Source: Lama glama (lineage: Eukaryota). Taken from it: DNA of 64,000 nucleotides. The DNA lies in NCBI GenBank assembly GCA_028534125.1, contig CM052816.1, positions 61,196,001 to 61,260,000 on the forward strand, read 5' to 3'. The notes beneath the pieces were generated by a model. That model had not been told where the DNA came from, searched no databases, and worked only from the letters and a program-made list of their open reading frames with translations. A program made the position numbers and the translations under genes. This document shows, in pieces, positions 1 through 13,730 of the stretch. Each line of letters begins with the position of its first letter. Position 1 is the first letter of the stretch.

Positions 1-241
1 ATGAAGGCAGAGTCCTATGAATGGGGTTAGGAACTTACAAAAGAGATCCCAGAGAGCTCCTTTCCATTGTGTGAGGACATAGAGAAGGTGCTGTCTCTGA
101 ACCAGAAAGCAGGTCCTCACCAGACATCAAATCTGCCAGCACCTTGATCCTGGACTTTAGCCTCCAGAACTGTGAGAAATTTTTGTTGTTTCTAAGTCAC
201 TCAATCTATGGTATTCTGTTATAGCAATCCAAACTAAGACA
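1..241 (+). mobile_element. MaLR LTR, 3' part (MLT1A/MST-like)
   Basis: Typical motifs accttgatcctggactttagcctccagaactgtgagaaat and terminal actaagaca. Confidence 0.8.
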
Positions 242-494
242 ACTGGTTATACCATTCTTGGACTTCGGTTGACAAAACAAACCACTTATATATTAGTGTG
301 TAGTTTTTGCTGCAAGATTCACGGTTATTCTCATATAACCTGAATACTTCATTATGTCATACTGCACAGTCATGCCAGGCATTGCCATTTGAAAAACATT
401 TAAAAAAATGCTTTCTTTTATGTTCAGTGAGGAAATTACATAGACTTAAAAAAATTATCTGTATAGAAAAATACTATCAGGGAAAAACTAGTAA

Positions 495-680
495 ATTCCA
501 AATACAGTGTGGAGTTTAGTTAGGAGTACTGTACCAATGGTGCCTTCTTAGTGGTGGCAAAGGTACTATAATAATGCAAGATGTTAACAGTAGGGAAAAC
601 AGGGTGTGGAGTACACAGGCAATGGCTGTACTATCTTTGTAACTTTTCTGTAAATCTAAAACTATTCTAAAAAACATATT
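495..680 (+). mobile_element. Old L1 3' UTR fragment (L1MC/MD-like)
   Basis: atgcaagatgttaac...actatctttgtaacttttctgtaaatctaaaactattctaaaa resembles old L1M 3' ends. Confidence 0.65.
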
Positions 681-769
681 ATTTTTTCAAAGTTTACCTG
701 CAGAGGTGCATAGAGATTTCAAATTGGGAAAACTGTCCCTCTGCTTCTGTAAATATCAGTCTTTTAAAC

Positions 770-852
770 TGTTAGGCTGAACTACTGAACTAGATGTTTT
801 TATATGTCAATAGTGGTTAAGTATTAGCAAGTTCATATGGTTCATCCTAAAA
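770..852. mobile_element. MADE2-like mariner MITE (about 80 bp)
   Basis: Imperfect terminal inverted repeats ttaggctgaacta / atatggttcatcctaa, about 80 bp apart. Confidence 0.7.
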
Positions 853-1085
853 TAGTTTCAGTCTAGTTTACTAGACTGTGTTACAAAGTTGAGAATAAAT
901 GCATTTTTTTATTGTCACAAATAAGGAGAAATTAGTTGCAATTCATTGCACACATACATCCTCTCCCCAGTCAGTTCTCCACGTGGTTATACCATGTTAC
1001 CTGTGATATAATTTAAAGCTAGTAAAGGAAAGTGTTACACAATATTTATTATTAGAAAAGGAGTATAGGGTCTGGACAGTTGAAA

Positions 1086-1161
1086 ACTATTGAACTAAAC
1101 AAAGCATTAATAAGCAGAAAAGACTATTGAACTAAACAAAGCATTAATAAGCAGAAAAGAC
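1086..1161. repeat. Perfect tandem duplication of a 37-bp unit
   Basis: actattgaactaaacaaagcattaataagcagaaaag at 1086-1122 and 1123-1159. Confidence 0.95.
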
Positions 1162-1437
1162 AGAGTGAAGCACAGTTTATCTCTGAAGCTTACACCAAAT
1201 TCCTATGAGAAAAAGAATTAAAAGGAAAAAACAGAGTTGTGTAACCCTTGTTTAATGATAGCCTTCTTTCTTCTTCCATAGGGTGGTATTCAATGGAGTT
1301 CTTTCATCAGCAAATTAACCGCTGAATAAAAATACGTTGTGAAAGAGGACCCAGTAAGAAAAATTTTGTGTTTTTGCAGAAGGCCTATGAAATTCCTGAA
1401 CATGTTCAGCTTCTGAGAAAACATGTTAAGGGTCTCA

Positions 1438-1752
<315 letters not shown>

Positions 1753-2529
1753 CTAGCAACAACGGCCTCTCTCTGTCACCGGTCATACATGATAACAGAA
1801 GATGCTCTGAAACATTTAAGTCACCTTTTATACAGTAGGTCTATGCTTTGCTGAAATGAAAACTAAACAAAGAAAAAACCCACCATCACTTGATCTGAAT
1901 GATATTTCCAAGGTGTCTTTTTTGAAAAATCTTAATGTAAGAATTGAGAATATACAGCACAAGCAGGCTACAGTGGATGTCCGATTTATTTTAATGAGCT
2001 CCTGCTTCTCTTCTTCAAAGACGGGAGTCATTAAATGTTAAAATACTGTTGAAACAAATTCAAGATAAAAGATACAGTTTGATTCATTAGGCAGTTTTTC
2101 CTTAAAATTAAAATTGATAAAAACTAAATCCCAGACAGCAAGGCGGCTCCTTTTATTCAAGGAGGGAAGACTCCATGCTCACAATTAAATGAGCTCCTTT
2201 TAAACTAGATAGGGCTTTTTGGAAACAGAATCCTTTTAGCTACCCTGGGAAAAAGCATGAATTTTACTATAATAAAGGCATCTATTCTAGGACAATGTGA
2301 TATCAGTGACAGTCTCTCCAAAAGCTATGGGCCATTAGACTGTATCACAGGAAGAGGTTTTCTCCTTTTTTTTTTTTTTTTTGGGTGTGTGTGCTCAGAA
2401 GACTAAACTGTTCAGTTTTGGTGTGGATTTTTTAGTTTGATGTGTTTTGATTTATATATCTTTTTCTATATTATCTTTTCTTGGTGACTTATTACTGTGT
2501 TTTTTTTTTTTTCCTGCTGTTGCTATTCA

Positions 2530-5500
2530 GGTAAAACAAAAACAAAAACTAGTCTTTTTACAGCTTCCTTTTAAGATGTTGAAAGCTGAAAAGGGCATTG
2601 CTTTTATTCTTACAACATGATGGACAACCTGCAAATCACAACTTTTCTTGAATCCATCAGAAAGTGAAGGTTGAGGGGCAAATGACGTATAATCTAAGAC
2701 AGGTGCCTCCAAGGAAAGAGGGAAAAGAAGAAAGCATTTTTTTTTTTTTAAACCTGGGGCAGACACTTCAGACACCAGTAAGACTACTTTTTAACAAACT
2801 GCTGAAGACTGATGGTGGACCAGCAAAAAGAGGAAACCACTAAAAGTTGTTAGATAAGGTTAGATAAGGGAAAGTTTGCATCCATTTGCAGGGTCATCTC
2901 TGTGGACCTCACTGGCTGCACATAAAAAAGACAGAGGCAGGGTGACAGCCCAGAGAAAGAATCAGTGCAGATGCAGGCCTGGGAGAAGGGAGTGTTGCCT
3001 AGATCCTTCTCAACTCTCCCCTAGAGAACAGCAGCCTTGAGCTTCTAGGGGAAGAGCAACACACCCTGCTGCTCTAAGAGCACTGGTGAAACCCACTGCC
3101 AGTGGAGGGAGGTAACAGGAAGAAAACCCTTCTACCCCAGAAGGAAGGACAGGAATACATCCTGGGCCCAGACCTACAGCCAAGTGTGAGGCAGTGTCAC
3201 TGAATACGCCCACTCCTAAGATCCAGGGACTCAGACCCTACCTAAGACTGAGACGTACTCAGAACAACGAAAAAGACCCTCCCCAAACCAGGCTAACGGG
3301 CATCCAGTAACAATAGCAATCTACTACCGGGAAAGGAACAAGAGCATGCGAAGAGACCTCCTCTAAGGCGTAGCACAACTGGAAGACCTCAAATTGAGGG
3401 TGGGAGAGACACTGAGAAAAACTCTGGCAAACCAGCTCTCATCCTAAACACAGAAAGGAATCTGAAGCTTTGGGTTCACTGCGGGTAACTAGCAACAACA
3501 AATCCCAAAGCCAGCTCACCTACTAAACAGAATGAGTCAAACACTCACATTAAAGGCCTAGCAGAAGTAAGTATGCGCCCATTGTCAGGTATGAGTAGCA
3601 TTTACCTTAGTCTTTACTGTCTTACATAAGATGTCTGACTGACTTTCAAAAAAACTGTAAGGCATAGGGAGATGCAAGGAAAACATGAATACAATGTCAA
3701 GAGGCAAAGAAAGCAAGAGAAACAAACTCAGATATGACAAAGATGTTGGAGATACCACAGTAAAATAACTAAAATTGTTAAATGTTAAAGGTTCTGGAGG
3801 AAAATGCAGACACCATGCCCCATGCACAGTCAGATGCATAATTATCACAGAGAGCTGTAAACTATGAGAATGAAATGAAAATGCTAGAAATAAAAAGCAT
3901 AGTAACAGAGTAGCAGGTAGCAGGTGAAGAATGCCCTTGACAGTCTCATCAATACACTTGCCACAGCCAAGAAAAGAATCACTAAACCAAAAGATAGGCC
4001 AACAGAAATTACTCTATCTAAACAAAAAGCTTCTAATTTATCTAATTTAATTTTTTATTAACACAAAGCTTTATAAAAGAGTGCAAAAAAGAACAGAATC
4101 AGAGCTGTAGGATAATATCAAATGATCTATTATACACGTAGCTGGAATTTCAGGAGAACAGAGAAGAGGACAGGAAAAATATTTGAAGAATAGCTGAGAA
4201 TTTTCCAAAATTAATGATGCTAAATCATAGATCCAAGAAGTTCAGAGAACATCAGGGAAGAGAAATACAACAAAAACAGACAAAAATAACACAAAAAAAG
4301 AAGAAAATTATCCTACATGTCTAAGTGTATGGAACTATTGAAAAGCAGGAACAAAGAGAAAATCTGCCAAGCAGTCAGAGGAAAAGAACACATTACATAT
4401 AGAAGGACAAATGTAAGAATTACAGTGGAGCTCTTGTCAAAAACTATGCAAATTAGAAGACAATATAATACCATCTTTAAAGCACTGATAAATATACCTG
4501 TAAACCCAGAATTCAGCAAAAACATTTCATGAAAGAAAAAGAAAGATTTTTCTCAAACAAATAAAAACTGGTATTCATTACCAACAGACATGAACTACAA
4601 GAAATTTTAAAGGAAATTCTTCAGGCAGAAGGGATATGATATCGCTCTAAACATTTCTACAAAGCAATTAATGCTGAAAATATAATAAATAAAGATATAT
4701 ATTACAATTTATTTATTTTGAATTGCTCTGAATAATAGCTACTTAGATCAATAATATTAACAATGTATTGGGCCTTACAGCATATGTGAAAGTAATATGT
4801 AGGCCAACAACAACACAAATGATAAATATAATGTAATATAATATAATATAATATATAATATGATTTGAAGGTAGGCCCTGATTAATTAAAGATGTATACT
4901 TTAAAGCCTTAGGCAACCATTAAAAAATTAAAAGGAGATACAAATAATAAGCCAACAGCAGAGAAAAAAAAATCAAAACAAAACCTATCAACCCAAAAGA
5001 AGTCAGGAAAGGGGGGAAAAGGATAAATGCGACAAATAGTAAGATGGTAGACACAATCATATAAATAATTATTTTAAATGTAAATGTCCTAAACACACCA
5101 ATTAAAATTATTATTATTAAGATTATTAGCGTGGATAAAAAAGCAAGCACCAACTACACTGTAAGAAATCCATTTTAAATAAAAAAGACAAAGATAGGTA
5201 AAAAGTAAAAGGATGGAAAAAGAGACATTTTGCAAATATTAATCAAATGAAAGCTGCATGGCTACAGTAATAGTAGACAAATAGAACAAGGGATATTACT
5301 AAAGATAATAAGGGCCATTACACATCGATAAAGGGGTCAGTTCTCTAAGTAGATGTAACAGTTCTACATGTGTATTTACCTAAAAGCAGAGCTTCAAAAT
5401 ACAGGAAGCAACAACTTATAGAACTGAAAGGAGAAAGACAAATCTGTAGTCATTTAGAGACTTCAATTCATCTCTTGGTAATTGACTGAATAGGCAGTCT

Positions 5501-7640
5501 GGATATAGAAAGTCTGAACAACACTATTAGTCATCTTCACCTAATCAACATCTATAGAACCCTCAACCCAACAACAGAAAGCAAATACTCAAGTGCACAT
5601 GGAACATTCTAACAAGACTAACTACATGTTGGCTATAAAATGAATCATAACTGTATAAAAAGAATTGAAATGATATATAGTAACTTTTCCAATAATAACA
5701 GAGCCAAACTAGAAATAAAAGAAGGATATCTGGAAAATACCAAAATATTTGGAAGTTAAAAATGTACTTTTAAATAATAATCCATGAGTCAAAGAGAAGA
5801 TCACAAAGGAAAACAGAACACATTTAAATTGAATCAAAATGAAAGCATGTAAGGAACAAGAAAAGGATGTCCTCTTCCACCACTCCTTTCAAAAATTATA
5901 TTGGAAGTCATAGCTAATGCAATAAGACTAGAAAAGGAAATAAAAGGTATACAGATTGGGAAGTGGGAAATAAAACTGCCTTTGTTTGCATATGACATGA
6001 TCATCTATGTAGAAAATCCAAAAGGATCAACAAAAAAACTCCTCCTGAAAAGAAACCAAGAAAGAAAGAAAGAAACAAACAAAAACCCCCAAAACCTTCC
6101 TAGAACTGATAAGTGATTATAGCAAGATTGCAAGATACAAGGTTAATATAAAAAAGTCAATCACTTTCCCATATACCAGCAGTGAACAAGTACAATTTGA
6201 CATTAAAAAATATTACCGTTTACATTAACATGCCCCCAAATGAAATACTTGGGTCTAAATCTAATGAAATACTATAAGATCTATGTGAGGAAAAGTATAA
6301 AACTCTGATGAATGAAATCAAAGAAAAATTAAAAAGTGGAGAGATATTTCATGTTCGTGGATAGGAAAACTCAGTATTATCAAGATTATTTCTTAAAGTT
6401 AGTTCTTCCTAACTTCACCCATAGATTCGGTACAATCCCAATGAAAATCCCAGCAAATTATTTTGTAGGTATTGGCAAACTGAGTCTAGAGTTTATATGA
6501 AGAAGTTTATATGGAGAGGCAAAAGACTCAGAATAGCCAACTCAAAATTAAAGAACAACATCAAGGGATTGATACCATCTGACTTTAAAACTTACTGGAA
6601 AGCCTTACTAAACCAAAACAGTGTGGTACTGGCAAAAGAATAGACAATAGATGAGTGGAACAGAACAGAGACTTCAGAAGTAGACTTACATAAATAGTCA
6701 ACTGCTCTTTGACCAAAGGGTAAAGGGTATACAATGGAGTAGAGACAGTTTTTTCAAAAAGTGGTGCTGGGACAACTAGTCATCTACCTGCAAAAAAGTT
6801 AGTCTAGACACAGACCTTACACCCTTTAGAAAAAAATAACTCAAAATGGATCACAGACCTAAATATAGAATGCAAAACTACAAAATCTCTAAAATATAAG
6901 ACAGGAGGAAATCTAGATGACCTTCAGTTTGGCAATGCCTTTTTAGATGCAACACCAAAGGCAGAATCCATGAAAAAAAAAATCAAGAAGCCGAATTTCA
7001 TTAAAATGAAAATTTTCTGCTCTGAGAAAGACACTGTCAAGAAAACGAGAAGACAAGCCACAGATTGGGAGAAAATATTTGCAAAAGACACATTTGATAA
7101 AACTGTTATTCAAAACATACAAAGAACTCTTAATGCTCGCCAATAAGAAAACAACCTGATTAAAAAATACACCAAAGACCTTAACAGACACCTCATAAAA
7201 GGAGATACAGAGATGGTAATTAAATATATGAAAAGCTGAAAAGCTGTTCATCATATGTCATCAGAGAAGTGCAAATTAAAACAGCAATAAGATACCACTA
7301 CACATCTATTAGAACGGCCAAAATGCAGAATACTGACAACACCAAATGCTGACAAGGATGTGGAGCAACAGAACTCTCATTCATTGCTGGTGGGAGAGCA
7401 AAATGGTACATCCACTTTGGAAGATAGTTTGGCAGTTTCTAACAAGACTGAACATACTCTTAGCATACAATCTAGCAATTGTACTCCTTGATATTTACCC
7501 AAGGAGACTGGAAACTTACATCCACATAAATACCTGCAAATGGATGTTTATAACAGCTTTATTCATAATTTCCAAACCTTGGAAGGAACCAAGATGTCCT
7601 TTAGTAGATGAATGAATAAATAAACTATGGTACACCCAGA
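2530..7640 (+). mobile_element. Long degenerate L1 (5' region, ORF1 remnant, ORF2 endonuclease, RT/C-terminal part, 3' UTR), antisense to NLN in intron 8
   Basis: A-rich plus strand. ORF1-like peptide at 4317..4532. Endonuclease-start-like aatgtaaatgtcctaaacacaccaattaaaa near 5077. RT remnant [40 protein letters not shown] at 5901. Many stops and frameshifts. Confidence 0.9.
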
Positions 7641-8469
7641 AACCAGTTATATCTTGACAGAGAAATAGCAAGATGGGGTGGCAAGAACTGCTATCTTTGA
7701 GCATGGAATGAGAATCTGGGGACTGGAGACTCCAAGGTTGAAGGATTTCCTCTGAAAGAATTCTTGGCCTAAAACTGTTATCCCGACACTATTCAATTAA
7801 AAACAGACTTACAAACATTTGGCACAGATTTATTTTTGGATAACATCAGAGATGAAAGTAAGTCCATAAAGCACTAGGATAAGACACTTCTGCCCCCTGT
7901 CTGGTTGGCAGCAGCTATCCAGCCTCCTTCCTGAAGTCACCCCAAATCAGTAGATTACAAACTTACATGTGCTTCTGATACAGGGAGATGCTATCATTTC
8001 CTTTGGCCTATTTAGTAAAATGGATTATTAATTGCAACAGGCTGGCTTTGTTTTAGAAAGCAGCCTACTGAGAAAGTAATCCAAAGCCTTTCATGTCTGA
8101 TGAAACACTGTGGAGTCCATCGATACCACGTCTTACAGAGACACTACTAACAGCATTTTAAATTCTTGCCACGGACTGAATGCCGAAGCTGGGTGATTAC
8201 CATATGTAGTCTAATGCACAAGGGATCCCATAGTACGGAGGTGGAAACAGAGACTCGTGAAAGGTTATGTCATGAGCATCCCAACTCGAGTTTGACTGAC
8301 AGCCAGGATTTCGTTATTCCTTTGTACTGTGCTGCCTTTCAGCCAGATTGAGGGGAGTGGCCATAGATTTAAAAGTACTGGCAGACAGATTACCTGAACA
8401 GTAAACATTTTGAGGTCAATGTTAAAGTAAGTAAATGCAGTATACAAACCAGATTTTGAGGATAATGAT

Positions 8470-8720
8470 GATAATAAGCAACTAACATTTACTAAGCACT
8501 TGCTATGTGCTGCATAGTCTTCTAAATGCTCTGCACATAATTAACCATTTTAATCCTTACAACAACCTTACAAAGCAAGTATGATTAGTATTCCCATTTT
8601 ACAGGACCTATAATATAGGTAAGGAAACTGTGGCACAAAAAGATTAAGAAGCTTGCCTAGTAAGTAATGGAGACAGACGTACTGGCTTCAGAGCCCATGC
8701 TTTTAAATCTCTTTACTAGG
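8470..8720 (-). mobile_element. MIR SINE
   Basis: Reverse MIR core: aacatttactaagcact...ttaatccttacaacaacc...cccattttacag...ggaaactgtggcaca. Confidence 0.75.
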
Positions 8721-8811
8721 AACCACATATGAGAATTTTGGAAGACAAGAGCCTTAACGTGGGTAGGAGTTGAATCCCTAAGGTCCCTTACAACAATGTG
8801 ATCCTCAGTAC

Positions 8812-9178
8812 CTTGGATAGAGGTCCAAGTAGAACTGTCCTAATACTTCTCCTGAAGCTTTATCCTTCACAGTGTAGAGTGTAACACTTTGATTCCAAAC
8901 ATGAGCATCTGTCACCTGCTCAAATGAAAGTCCCAACAGCTCCTGGTAGATGTTCAGTAAGCCTTCAGTGACCACTTCAATTGGGAAGTATTCCTTGAGG
9001 ATCTCTTGGTCTACAGAGTACTTGAGTTCTTCTGTCAGAGTCATGTAGTAATGGAGATCCCAGGCATTGATTCTCCCATCGTATTCAAAACCTCTCTCTT
9101 CACATTCCTTTTTCTTCAAATTTAAAATGAACTCTCGTTCTGCCTCACCCAAGGGTTTTAATTTCTGGCTTAAATCAT
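8812..9178 (-). CDS. NLN: NLN exon 8: (D)[44 protein letters not shown]...[13 protein letters not shown](R)
   Basis: Acceptor tgtccctcacag|AT, donor AAG|GTACTG, 367 nt. Lies within ORF 8805..9209. Confidence 0.97.
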
Positions 9179-9968
9179 CTGTGAGGGACAAGGGAAAAGT
9201 TTTAGCCATCCATCACTCTTGGGGGCAAGCATATTCATACATACCACCAGGATTTTAACATGGCGCTTCCTCTTTTTCATACCCAATGCAGACAGATAGG
9301 AGAAGAGGAGGAAGGTAGGAGGGAGGGAGGGGAGAGAAAAGCAGGCTTTATTATGACAGCACTGCTGTTCTTTTCGGGGAAATTTTTTTATGGCTCCCCA
9401 CGCCCACTCTTTTTTCAACACCCAAACGAGGCCACAACTTCCTCAGAGCATCAACAAAGCCAGAGTTTACCTCAGAGAACTTGGACTCAAGAATGTTATA
9501 ATTCAGGGAACAAAGCAATAGGCGAACTAAACTCACGTTCGTGATTATTTTTCAATGAGGTCAGGCTCCTCAGAGAGTCAGGGAAAACAAACCAGACGTG
9601 ACCAGTGGTTAGGATTACTAAAAACTGCTCAACGCCTTTGACAGCCATGGGTTTAATCTATCACTACCCTGTTCCTATGGAGAAGGCCTATTTGGACACA
9701 GCAGTTCCACTTTTTAGATGCATACCATAATTTTTATAGTTTGGTCAATTTTTGACTGTTTCACTGTATTTGGTTAAATGAGTATGCTTTTAGCATGTAT
9801 TTATTCTTCACAACTTGTAAACATACGTCAGAGAAAATGTGTTGGCTCTGTAAGGGGTAAGGCAGTTTGAGAGGCAGCCCCATAGTATGCGGTGAAGGCA
9901 GCAGCCTGAGGAAGGCTATGAAATGAAAGAAGGAAATCCATGGAAGATATAGAGATATAATTCTGATC

Positions 9969-10050
9969 CTATCTATCTATCTATCTATCTATCTATGTAT
10001 ATATACACACACACACATATGTATACATACACACATACATACATATATGT

Positions 10051-10084
<34 letters not shown>
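9969..10084. repeat. Compound microsatellite (CTAT)n/(CA)n/(TA)n
   Basis: Directly visible runs. Confidence 0.95.
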
Positions 10085-10086
<2 letters not shown>

Positions 10087-11278
10087 TCACCACTATAGGA
10101 AACATTCTCATCAAACCCATTAAAGCCCTTCTCTTGTATAAGACACATCAGAATATATAGCAATTGCCTCTTCACATCTCTGTTGTTTCCACTCAATGGA
10201 AAATTCACTGAAGAAAGGACCTTGTCTTATTCCTTTTTAGAGTCCAACTATGCAGCATTCTGCCTATTATAGGGCAGTTGTTCCATAAATGTCTTATGAA
10301 TGAGTAAATGAATCGTACAGATTGAATAGCTATCCTTTATGGAGCAAATGCTAGATGCCGTATGTAACACCAGCATATACATTCATAATTCAAGGTAAGG
10401 CCACTGAGAACACAGTGGAGTAAACTTCAGGCTGAACACTGTTTTTAAAACATCATTAGTCATCTTTAACTTAGTTAACCTACTAAAATTATACACTATT
10501 GTTAAAGGTGAAAAAAATCTGAAAGGGATCAGTGAGAAAGTAAAAAAGAATCATACTCGGGTAAACTCTGATTAGGGAAGATTAAAACAAAAATTAGTGT
10601 CTTTACAATGGCAATGTTATTCAAGCATTCTTACTAAAATGAAAGAGTAAAGCAAAGTGACTGCTGAAACAGTGACACCAAGACTGAGAACGGGGTGTGG
10701 AAGGGTGACAGAGGGCCAATGACTAACTCTCATGGACATAAGAACCATGGTTTTAAAAAGATGAATAAAAAAGTGACTTTAAATGAATGTGAAGATAGTT
10801 ACTAGACAGTTTTGATGCACATTATTTTGTATTTTATGTATTAACAAGTGGTTTCTGGAATATAAAATCTTTTTTTACATGCTCTATTTTCATTTATATC
10901 CTATTTACCACCTTATTTCATACAAATTCGTAAGCAGCCAAACACCTAGTAACAGTTGAACAAAGCCAGGGGCTAATCCTCTGTGTAGAGCCCTAGCTGT
11001 CTAGTTAGGAAATAGTATAAAAATCCCAATCAAGATACAAGACAGAATGAAGCAAGAACTAAAACAGTAATGCAAACAACAGCAACCCTGAGGGCTAAGC
11101 ATAGTATCTAACACATAGTAGATGGTCAATAAACTTCTTTTGAATGAACGAAAAAAAGCAGAATGTTCTCAAAGCCGTATGAGGTTCTGAGGCCCTCTAT
11201 CAAATCGGTATCACGTGGAAGAACAGTCATAAGGAAAAAAAAGGAAATACACCAGTGACTGAGAAAAGGAGACCTAAC

Positions 11279-11414
11279 CTAGAAAGGAGGTTACATGGCT
11301 TGTACTCTTCGCGGTGTTCATTTCAAGAACAAAGTCAGCATGCGTGCTGTAGCCCAGCAGTTCGGCTACTTTGGCTCGCAGTGGAAGTAGCTGCTGCAGG
11401 ATTATGGTGTTCTC
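11279..11414 (-). CDS. NLN: NLN exon 7: [45 protein letters not shown](D)
   Basis: Translated by hand. Acceptor tttgttactag|GAG, donor TAG|GTTAGG, 136 nt. Confidence 0.96.
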
Positions 11415-11799
11415 CTAGTAACAAACAACAACAACAACAAAGACCAAAATGAAGGTTATTAATTAATTGCATCCAAAGCACTCAGAAGATTCATTACAGT
11501 ATTTTTATGCTGGTAAACCTGTCAAATATTTTTAGACTTTCTCAACTTCTAGTAAGTCATTCCATTTCAGTGTTACACAATTTTATTTCTGAAATAATGG
11601 ACTTTTTAAACCTCAGGGGATAGAGACTGAAGTCTTAACAAAATTTTAGGTACTGTAAACTTAGAGTACAAATACTTTATTAAGGACTAGAGTGATTCCA
11701 CATTTAGTCTCATTGAGAGAACTGCACCAAATATTGGTATTTACATTTTTATCTTATTGGTATACACAATACAAAATTTACCACTTTAACATTATGCCC

Positions 11800-12440
11800 A
11801 TAAGTATGGCTATTTTTTTTAAGGAAAATTACAAGTATTGGCAAGGATATGGAAAATATGGAGCATTTGTGCATTGCTGATGAGAACATAAAATAGTGCA
11901 GCTGCTGTGGAAAACAGTATTATGATCCCTCAACAAATGAAACCTACAATTACCATATGATTCAGTAATTCCACTTCTGGGTATATATTCCAAAGAAGTG
12001 GAAGCAGTGACTCAAACACATATTTGTACACCCAAGTTCACAGCAGCATTATTCATAATAGCCACCCCAATGCTCAAAAAGAAAATGTGGTATGTATATA
12101 CAATGGAATATTATTCAGCCTTAAAAGGGAAAGAAATTTTGACACATGCTAAATCATGGATAAACCTAGAAGACGCTATGCTAAGTGGAATAAGCCAGTC
12201 ATAAACAGATAACTATTGCATGAGTCTACTTACATGAAGCTCCTAAAGTAGTCAAATTTATAGAGACAGAGAGTAGAATGGTGTGTGCCAGGGGCTGGGG
12301 TGTAGGGAGATTGGGGAGGGGGGTCAGTGTTTAGTGCGTATAGAGTTTCAGTTGGGAGAGATGAAAAAGTTCTGGTGATGCATGTGGTGCTGCACCACAA
12401 TGTGAATATACTTAATGTCACAGAACTCTACTCTTAAAAA
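11800..12440 (+). mobile_element. L1 3' end (L1MB-like)
   Basis: gcagctgctgtggaaaacagt...caatggaatattattcagccttaaaagg...gtcaaatttatagagacagagagtagaatgg. Confidence 0.85.
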
Positions 12441-12639
12441 TGTTCCAGGGATTTTTCTTAAATTATTACATTTTCTATATTTTATTTGCATCAAAATGCA
12501 AAAAAGTGACATTGTTTTATTAACAATAAAGGAAAAATTATGTAGAGAAATGAAATAAATATTGAGGCCGAAGAAAATGTACTTGTGATGATTAAACCAT
12601 CCAATTATTTATAGACATGTTCCTAAGGAAAAATCACAC

Positions 12640-12870
12640 AATGAGGTCAGACTACTGGGGTTCACAATTTTGCTCCACCCTTTACTAGCTGTCTGACTAT
12701 TGGTAAATCCCTTAGCCTTCATAAGCCTCAGTTTTCTCATCTGTAAGACGTGGATAATACGAATAGCTACATCATAGGGTGATCATGAAGATTCAAATAA
12801 GAATACAAGTACAGCACATAGAACAATGCCTGGCACAAGAGCAAATACTATATAATTACGTGTTATAATT
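12640..12870 (+). mobile_element. MIR SINE
   Basis: ttactagctgt...gcctcagttttctcatctgtaag...agaacaatgcctggcaca. Confidence 0.8.
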
Positions 12871-13153
12871 AGTATTATTTTAAAACTAGAATGGAAACAT
12901 AGATATAAGAAATGCATAATTCTATATAATTCTACATAATTTAGAACTAAAGTTTAAAGTTTTCTAGTTTGAGTTTTTCTTTCACATTTTTCAGTTTCCT
13001 TAGACATTTTCCCTAGACCACCAATTTTCTCCCAGTATCTATTCCCCCATCGTTGTTTTTAGTAATAAAAGAATTCCTCTGAGCTTTTGCTGGACACATG
13101 GTCACCTGGACACACTACCTCTCCTGGCCTTCTTTAAAGCTAGTTGTGTAGTT

Positions 13154-13290
13154 GGGGGAGGGTATGGCTCAGTGGTAGAGTACATGCTTAGCATGCACGA
13201 GGTCCTGGGTTCAATCCCTATTATGTCCATTAAAAAAATAAATAAACCTAATTACCTCCCCCCCGAAATAAAAAACAAAATTAAAGAAAA
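13154..13290 (+). mobile_element. Camelid-type tRNA-derived SINE (vic-1-like)
   Basis: Head with A box (tggctcagtgg) and B box (ggttcaatccc), aataaacctaattacctccc body, A tail. TSD aaagctagttgtg at 13136-13148 and 13291-13303. Confidence 0.9.
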
Positions 13291-13509
13291 AAAGCTAGTT
13301 GTGGCCATGTGATACACAAGGGAGCAAAGGAACGTGAATGAGGTCTTGAGTGAAATTTCTGGATCATCTCTTTATAGATGCTTGTCTTGCTAGCTATGAA
13401 CTGAAGATGACAACAATGACCTTGGAACCCATATAATCTGAGGATGGCAGAGCTGTCTTCCAGCTCTGGACCACTCACCTCTGTACTGTTAGTTGCAAGA
13501 GATATAAAC

Positions 13510-13730
13510 TGTTTTTTAAAAATTGTAGTATAACATATGTAACATAAAATATACCATTTTAACCATTTTACATGTACAATTCAATGGCATCAATTACATT
13601 CACACTGTTGGGCAGTAACCTTTACCACTATCTGTTTCCAAAACTTTTCCAACATCCCAAACAGAAACTTAGTAACCATTAAGCGATAATTCTGCAGTCT
13701 CCCCAGCCATCGGTAACCATTAATCCTTTC
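13510..13730 (-). mobile_element. L1 3' end fragment inside the left MaLR LTR
   Basis: aacataaaatataccattttaaccatttttacatgtacaattcaatggcat, the reverse of an L1MB-like terminus. Confidence 0.7.

Noticed and set aside
1086..1161. CRISPR-like repeat (37 bp; likewise the 34- and 40-bp repeats)
   Set aside because: Only two adjacent copies, no spacers, no cas genes, and a mammalian intronic context.
5901..6116. Functional reverse transcriptase ORF
   Set aside because: Short L1 ORF2 remnant with an altered catalytic motif (FAYD) and stops and frameshifts around it.
8805..9209. ORF-track start and stop as real gene boundaries (also 1435..1746, 27608..27817, 30956..31201)
   Set aside because: The ORF ends run into introns. 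The splice sites define the true coding limits.
13154..13230. tRNA gene (also at 17345-17421, 30159-30235, 37620-37696, 46424-46500)
   Set aside because: Each tRNA-like head runs into a shared non-tRNA body and an A tail and is bounded by a TSD. These are SINEs, not functional tRNA genes.
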